DNA of 20,410 bases from Armatimonadia bacterium. Lineage in GTDB: Bacteria; Armatimonadota; Zipacnadia; Zipacnadales; UBA11051. The notes under the pieces were generated by a model. That model did no database searches. It had not been told where the DNA came from and saw nothing but the letters and a program-made list of their open reading frames with translations. Every line of letters starts with the position of its first letter. Position 1 is the stretch's first letter. The stretch spans positions 1 through 20,410 of the forward strand of contig JBDKRC010000274.1 in assembly GCA_039683575.1 (NCBI GenBank), given 5' to 3'. The translations under genes and the position numbers were made by a program. Below, one piece after another: positions 16,553 through 20,410 of this stretch.

Positions 16553-17575
16553 ATGATCATTGTAATGGCCCCCGGCGCAACTGAAAAACAGGTGCAGGAG
16601 GTGTTAGCGCGCCTCGAGGCGCGTGGCTATGGGCACCATGTCTCACCCGGGGTGGAGCGCACCATCATCGGGGCCATCGGCGCTAACGAGCGCGAGAAGC
16701 AGCAGGTTGCCGAGCAACTCTCGCAGCTTCTGGGCGTCGAGCGGGTCGTGCCGATTCTCAAGCCCTTCAAGATGGTCAGCCGTGACGCCCATCCAAGTGG
16801 CACGGTCGTCAAACTCGGGAGAGCGGCGTTCGGTCCAAAACACTTCGGCGTCATTGCCGGCCCCTGCACAATTGAGACCGAAAAGCAGCTCATGGACGCC
16901 GCCAAGGCCGTAAAGGCGGCGGGGGCTTCTGTCCTGCGCGGGGGGGCTTTCAAACCCCGCAGCAGCCCGTATGACTTCCAGGGACTGCGCGAGGAGGGAC
17001 TGGACCTTCTGGCTAAGGCCGGCAAGGAATTTGACATGCCGACCTGCACCGAGGCCATGGAGTCGCGCCAGGTCGAACTGGTGGCCGAGAAGTGCGACAG
17101 CATCCAGATCGGCGCGCGCAACATGTCGAATTTCGACCTGCTCAAGGAAGCCGGGGCGACCGGGAAGACCATCGTCCTCAAGCGTGGCTTCGCCGCGACG
17201 GTCGAGGAATGGCTGAAGGCCGCCGAGTATATCGCCACGACAGGCAACCTCAACATCATCCTGTGCGAGCGCGGAATCCGGTCTTTCGACACGGTTACCC
17301 GTTTCACGCTCGATCTCGCGGGCATGGCTGCCGCGAAACTCGAGACGCATCTACCAATTATCGTTGACCCCAGCCACTCGACGGGCGTCCATAAACTCGT
17401 AGCGCCGATGTCTTTGGCGGCAATGGCCGGCGGAGCTGACGGGCTGATGGTGGAGGTCCACCCTCATCCGGACCAGGCACGCTGCGATGGGCCGCAGTCG
17501 CTTACGCCAAAGCGTTTCTCAGCGCTCATGGAGCAACTCAGGGCGCTGGCGAAGGTCATGGAGACCACCGTCTAG
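16553..17575 (+). CDS. aroF: 3-deoxy-7-phosphoheptulonate (DAHP) synthase, type I-beta with N-terminal regulatory domain
   Basis: MIIVM...ERTIIGAIG N-domain; IAGPCTIE, LRGGAFKPRSSPYDFQG, QIGARNM, LCERGIR, VDPSH, DGPQSL. Confidence 0.96.
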   Translation: MIIVMAPGATEKQVQEVLARLEARGYGHHVSPGVERTIIGAIGANEREKQQVAEQLSQLLGVERVVPILKPFKMVSRDAHPSGTVVKLGRAAFGPKHFGVIAGPCTIETEKQLMDAAKAVKAAGASVLRGGAFKPRSSPYDFQGLREEGLDLLAKAGKEFDMPTCTEAMESRQVELVAEKCDSIQIGARNMSNFDLLKEAGATGKTIVLKRGFAATVEEWLKAAEYIATTGNLNIILCERGIRSFDTVTRFTLDLAGMAAAKLETHLPIIVDPSHSTGVHKLVAPMSLAAMAGGADGLMVEVHPHPDQARCDGPQSLTPKRFSALMEQLRALAKVMETTV

Positions 17576-17602
17576 GTCAGGCGACAGCTTCCTCATTCCA
17601 CA

Positions 17603-17650
17603 GTAGGGCAGGCGGCCCGCCTGCCAACGCGGGCGAGCCGCCCGCGTTAC
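17603..17650. repeat. Inverted GTAG/GTAA REP doublet (REPIN-like)
   Basis: GTAG-GGCAGGCG-GCC-CGCCTGCC, then AA, then CGCGGGCG-AGC-CGCCCGCG-TTAC. Confidence 0.75.
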
Positions 17651-17685
17651 TGGGTCCATTGCGTTTTACCTATAGCAGGTGGTAG

Positions 17686-19263
17686 ATGGCTGTCATTTAC
17701 GAACGGCTGGCGATTATCGGCTGCGGCTTGATAGGTGGCTCGGTGGGGCTGGCTGCGCGCAAGCGCGGGCTGGTGGCACAGATAGTCGGCTGCGCGCGCT
17801 CCGAGGCGACGCGTGAGAGCGCGCTGGCTTGTGAGGCCGTGGACTATGCCACGGCGGATCCTGTCGAAGCGGCCACGGGCGCCGACCTGATCTACATCGC
17901 CGCGCCGGTTGGTACCATTCCCGTCGTGCTGGAACAGATCGCTCCCGTGGTAGAGCTTGGCTGCACCGTGACCGATGCCGGGAGCGTGAAGGCCAGTATC
18001 TGCCGCGAAGGCAACCGGTTCATGCCTGCCAGCTTCATCGGCGGACATCCCATGGCCGGCTCAGAGAAGACGGGTGTGCACGCTGCACACCCCGATTTGT
18101 TTGTGGGGCGCTCATATATCCTGACACCCCAGGACGCGGACGAAGAGTTGCTGGCACGCCTCATGGAGTTTGTGAAGGCGCTCGGGGCCGTGCCTCATGT
18201 GACCTCGCCGGAAGAGCACGATCAGATGGTGGCGCAGACCAGCCATCTCCCCCACCTCTGGGCCTCAGCACTGGCGCTGTCCCTGGCCGTCGCACCACCC
18301 GATACCGTTTCTGCCGTGTCAGGCTGGGACGAGTTGGTGCCCTTTGTTGGTAGCGGACTGCGGGATACTACCCGCATCGCCGCCTCCGATCCGGTGCTGT
18401 GGCGCGATATCTTCCTGAGCAACCGCGACAACGTACTGCGAGCCTGCGAGGCGGCGGGGCAAGCGCTGGAGCAGCTACGGCGGGCTGTTGAGACGGGAGA
18501 CGCGGACGGGTTGACCGCACTGCTGGGCAACGCGAAGGCCTTTCGTGAGTATCTGACCACCACTGCCGGAGGCGTGGATATGACCTCTCCTGGTCTGAAG
18601 CTGGCGATAGACGGGCCTGCCGGAGCCGGCAAGAGCACCGTGGCCCGTGATGTGGCGAAGGCGCTGGGGTACATCTTCATCGATACCGGGGCGATGTACC
18701 GAGCCGTGGCCTACTTTGCCATGCAGCAGGACCTGGCCCCCGGGCGCGATGACGAGGCCATCGGCGAACTCGCCGGCACGCTGGCGTATGAATTCCGTAA
18801 TGTCGGGGACGAGCGGCATTTGTTTGTGGATGATCAGGACATGGAGGCTGTGGTGCGCCTGCCGGAAGTGGGGCGGCTCTCCTCCCCCGTTTCAGCAATC
18901 CCGCTCGTGCGGCACAACCTTGTGGTTGCACAGCGCCAGATGGCGGCAGGCGGCGGGATCGTCATGGAGGGGCGCGACATTGGCACGGTAGTGTTGCCAG
19001 ATGCCGAAGTGAAGGTCTTCCTGACCGCCACGCCGCAGGAGCGTGCCCGGCGGCGATACCGCCAACTGCGCGACATGGGCATGGAAGTGAGCTTTGAGGA
19101 CATTCTCAACGAGCAGAACGTTCGCGACCAACGCGATTCATCGAGAGCAGTTGCCCCGCTGAAGAAGGCCGCCGACGCCTCCGAGATCTGCAGCGACGGT
19201 ATGAGCCGCGAAGAGGTTGTAGAGACGATCGTGAAGCTGGTGCAGGAGCGGCAAGGTGCGTAA
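17686..19263 (+). CDS. cmk: Fused prephenate/arogenate dehydrogenase (TyrA) and cytidylate kinase (Cmk)
   Basis: N-half: IIGCGLIGGS, TDAGSVK, GGHPMAGSE, HD...SHLPH, GLRDTTRIA. C-half from Met at 18580: AIDGPAGAGKST, DTGAMYRA, MEGRDIGTVVLPDA, RDQRDSSRAVAPL. No stop between the halves. Confidence 0.93.
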   Translation: MAVIYERLAIIGCGLIGGSVGLAARKRGLVAQIVGCARSEATRESALACEAVDYATADPVEAATGADLIYIAAPVGTIPVVLEQIAPVVELGCTVTDAGSVKASICREGNRFMPASFIGGHPMAGSEKTGVHAAHPDLFVGRSYILTPQDADEELLARLMEFVKALGAVPHVTSPEEHDQMVAQTSHLPHLWASALALSLAVAPPDTVSAVSGWDELVPFVGSGLRDTTRIAASDPVLWRDIFLSNRDNVLRACEAAGQALEQLRRAVETGDADGLTALLGNAKAFREYLTTTAGGVDMTSPGLKLAIDGPAGAGKSTVARDVAKALGYIFIDTGAMYRAVAYFAMQQDLAPGRDDEAIGELAGTLAYEFRNVGDERHLFVDDQDMEAVVRLPEVGRLSSPVSAIPLVRHNLVVAQRQMAAGGGIVMEGRDIGTVVLPDAEVKVFLTATPQERARRRYRQLRDMGMEVSFEDILNEQNVRDQRDSSRAVAPLKKAADASEICSDGMSREEVVETIVKLVQERQGA

Positions 19264-19972
19264 GACCCCGGAACCGGTACGTAAGTGGACCTGGCCGCAC
19301 TACTACTTTGGCGCGTGGGCGACGCGGATGCTGTGCCGGCTGGCGGGGGGCTATCAGGTTCGCGGTAAGGAGAACGTCCCCCGTAGTGGCGGCGCCATCC
19401 TGTGCGCGAACCACATCTCCTACCTCGATCCCCCCGTCCTCGGTGGCGCGGTCACGCCACGCCGCACCTACTTCATGGCCAAGAAAGAGCTTTTCGAGGT
19501 CCCTGTGCTCGGCGCGCTCATCCGCAAGTCATACGCTTTCCCCGTCGACCGCGAGCATTTCGACCGTGAGGCCATTCGCAACGCAATCGACCTCCTGCAG
19601 AAGGGCGAATTCGTGGTAGTCTTCCCTGAAGGGCAGCGCAGCCCGGATGGCTCGCTGCAGCCGGCGAATACCGGGCCCGCATTGATGGCGTCCAAAGCGG
19701 GTGTGCCCATCATGCCCGTGGCTATCAAGGGCACCGATGACGTCATGCAGCGCGGGCGGAAGGGTCTACACCGAGGCCGCGTGTTCGTGGACATTGGCGA
19801 GCCCATCCACCCCACAAGGTTCGGTGAGGGCAAGCTGGACAAGGACCAGCTTACCGCCTTCACGGAAGCCGTGATGTCGAGCATCGAAGCCCTGCAAAAG
19901 GAGCAATACGCGCGTCTGGGCGAGGTGGCCCCGCCGCGCGTTCGCGAAGAGCAAAGTACTGATAGTGACTAG
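19256..19972 (+). CDS. plsC: 1-acyl-sn-glycerol-3-phosphate acyltransferase
   Basis: NHISYLD, FMAKKELF, FPEGQRS; GTG start overlaps the cmk stop; typical cmk-plsC synteny. Confidence 0.92.
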   Translation: MRKTPEPVRKWTWPHYYFGAWATRMLCRLAGGYQVRGKENVPRSGGAILCANHISYLDPPVLGGAVTPRRTYFMAKKELFEVPVLGALIRKSYAFPVDREHFDREAIRNAIDLLQKGEFVVVFPEGQRSPDGSLQPANTGPALMASKAGVPIMPVAIKGTDDVMQRGRKGLHRGRVFVDIGEPIHPTRFGEGKLDKDQLTAFTEAVMSSIEALQKEQYARLGEVAPPRVREEQSTDSD

Positions 19973-19985
19973 AGGAGTCTGATTC

Positions 19986-20369
19986 ATGCCCAGCCATATT
20001 CACCATATCGCCGTTGAGGTTCGGGATGCCGAGAAGTCCGCGGAGTTCTACTGTGGGCTACTGGGCTTCGAGAGAGGCGCGCGTTTTGACTTCCCCGAGC
20101 GGAAGCGCACCATCATCTTTGTGAAGCTGGGCGAGACCTGCCTGGAATTCCTACAGGACGCCGATACCGAGGCCGCGGTTGACAACCCCAAGCAGGTCGG
20201 TTTCAAGCACGTGTGCCTGCACACGACCGATGTTGACGGCGAAGTGGAGAGGTTGCGCGCGGCAGGGGCTAAGATCACCACCGAGCCATTCGACACGGCG
20301 ATCAACTCGCGAATTGCCTTTCTCGAGGACCCGGACGGCCTGATGCTGGAGCTGTGGCAGGACAAGTAG
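19986..20369 (+). CDS. VOC (glyoxalase/bleomycin resistance) family protein
   Basis: IHHIAVEV...FYCGLLGF...LEF...KHVCL...FLEDPDGLMLEL; GAGGAG RBS. Confidence 0.92.
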   Translation: MPSHIHHIAVEVRDAEKSAEFYCGLLGFERGARFDFPERKRTIIFVKLGETCLEFLQDADTEAAVDNPKQVGFKHVCLHTTDVDGEVERLRAAGAKITTEPFDTAINSRIAFLEDPDGLMLELWQDK

Positions 20370-20380
20370 GATCGGCCACT

Positions 20381-20405
20381 GTGGGGCGGGGGCTTGTACC
20401 CCGCC
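20381..20405 (+). repeat. GTGG-headed REP-like palindrome
   Basis: GTGG-GGCGGGG-GCTTGTA-CCCCGCC just after the VOC stop; a partner may lie outside the window. Confidence 0.5.
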
Positions 20406-20410
20406 GGCCG

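Overview
GC-rich bacterial chromosomal window. My taxon guess, from gene content only, is Armatimonadota-like. It holds 17 protein genes. From left to right: a partial Fe-S aldo/keto reductase, an uncharacterised secreted protein, a DUF362/4Fe-4S protein, a copper-amine-oxidase-N-terminal (stalk) domain surface protein, an orphan GAF-PAS histidine kinase, a GH32 hydrolase, a minus-strand unit (DegT aminotransferase, membrane protein, SAM methyltransferase, tag), a secreted GH-like protein, and a hisC-aroF-(tyrA::cmk)-plsC-VOC housekeeping cluster lacking aroA. No rRNA, tRNA, CRISPR or transposase was seen. Most notable: (i) a bipartite motif G[A/C]AGG[G/A/C]-N15/16-[G/C]CGAA[G/T] recurs upstream of five genes, including an overlapping divergent pair, suggesting an alternative-sigma regulon; (ii) an in-frame TyrA-Cmk fusion keeps an internal RBS+ATG for cmk; (iii) a phage-virion-like module appears inserted in a secreted GH-like protein; (iv) several REP-like palindrome families occur, with two local amplification events; (v) a structured leader with a uORF precedes aroF.
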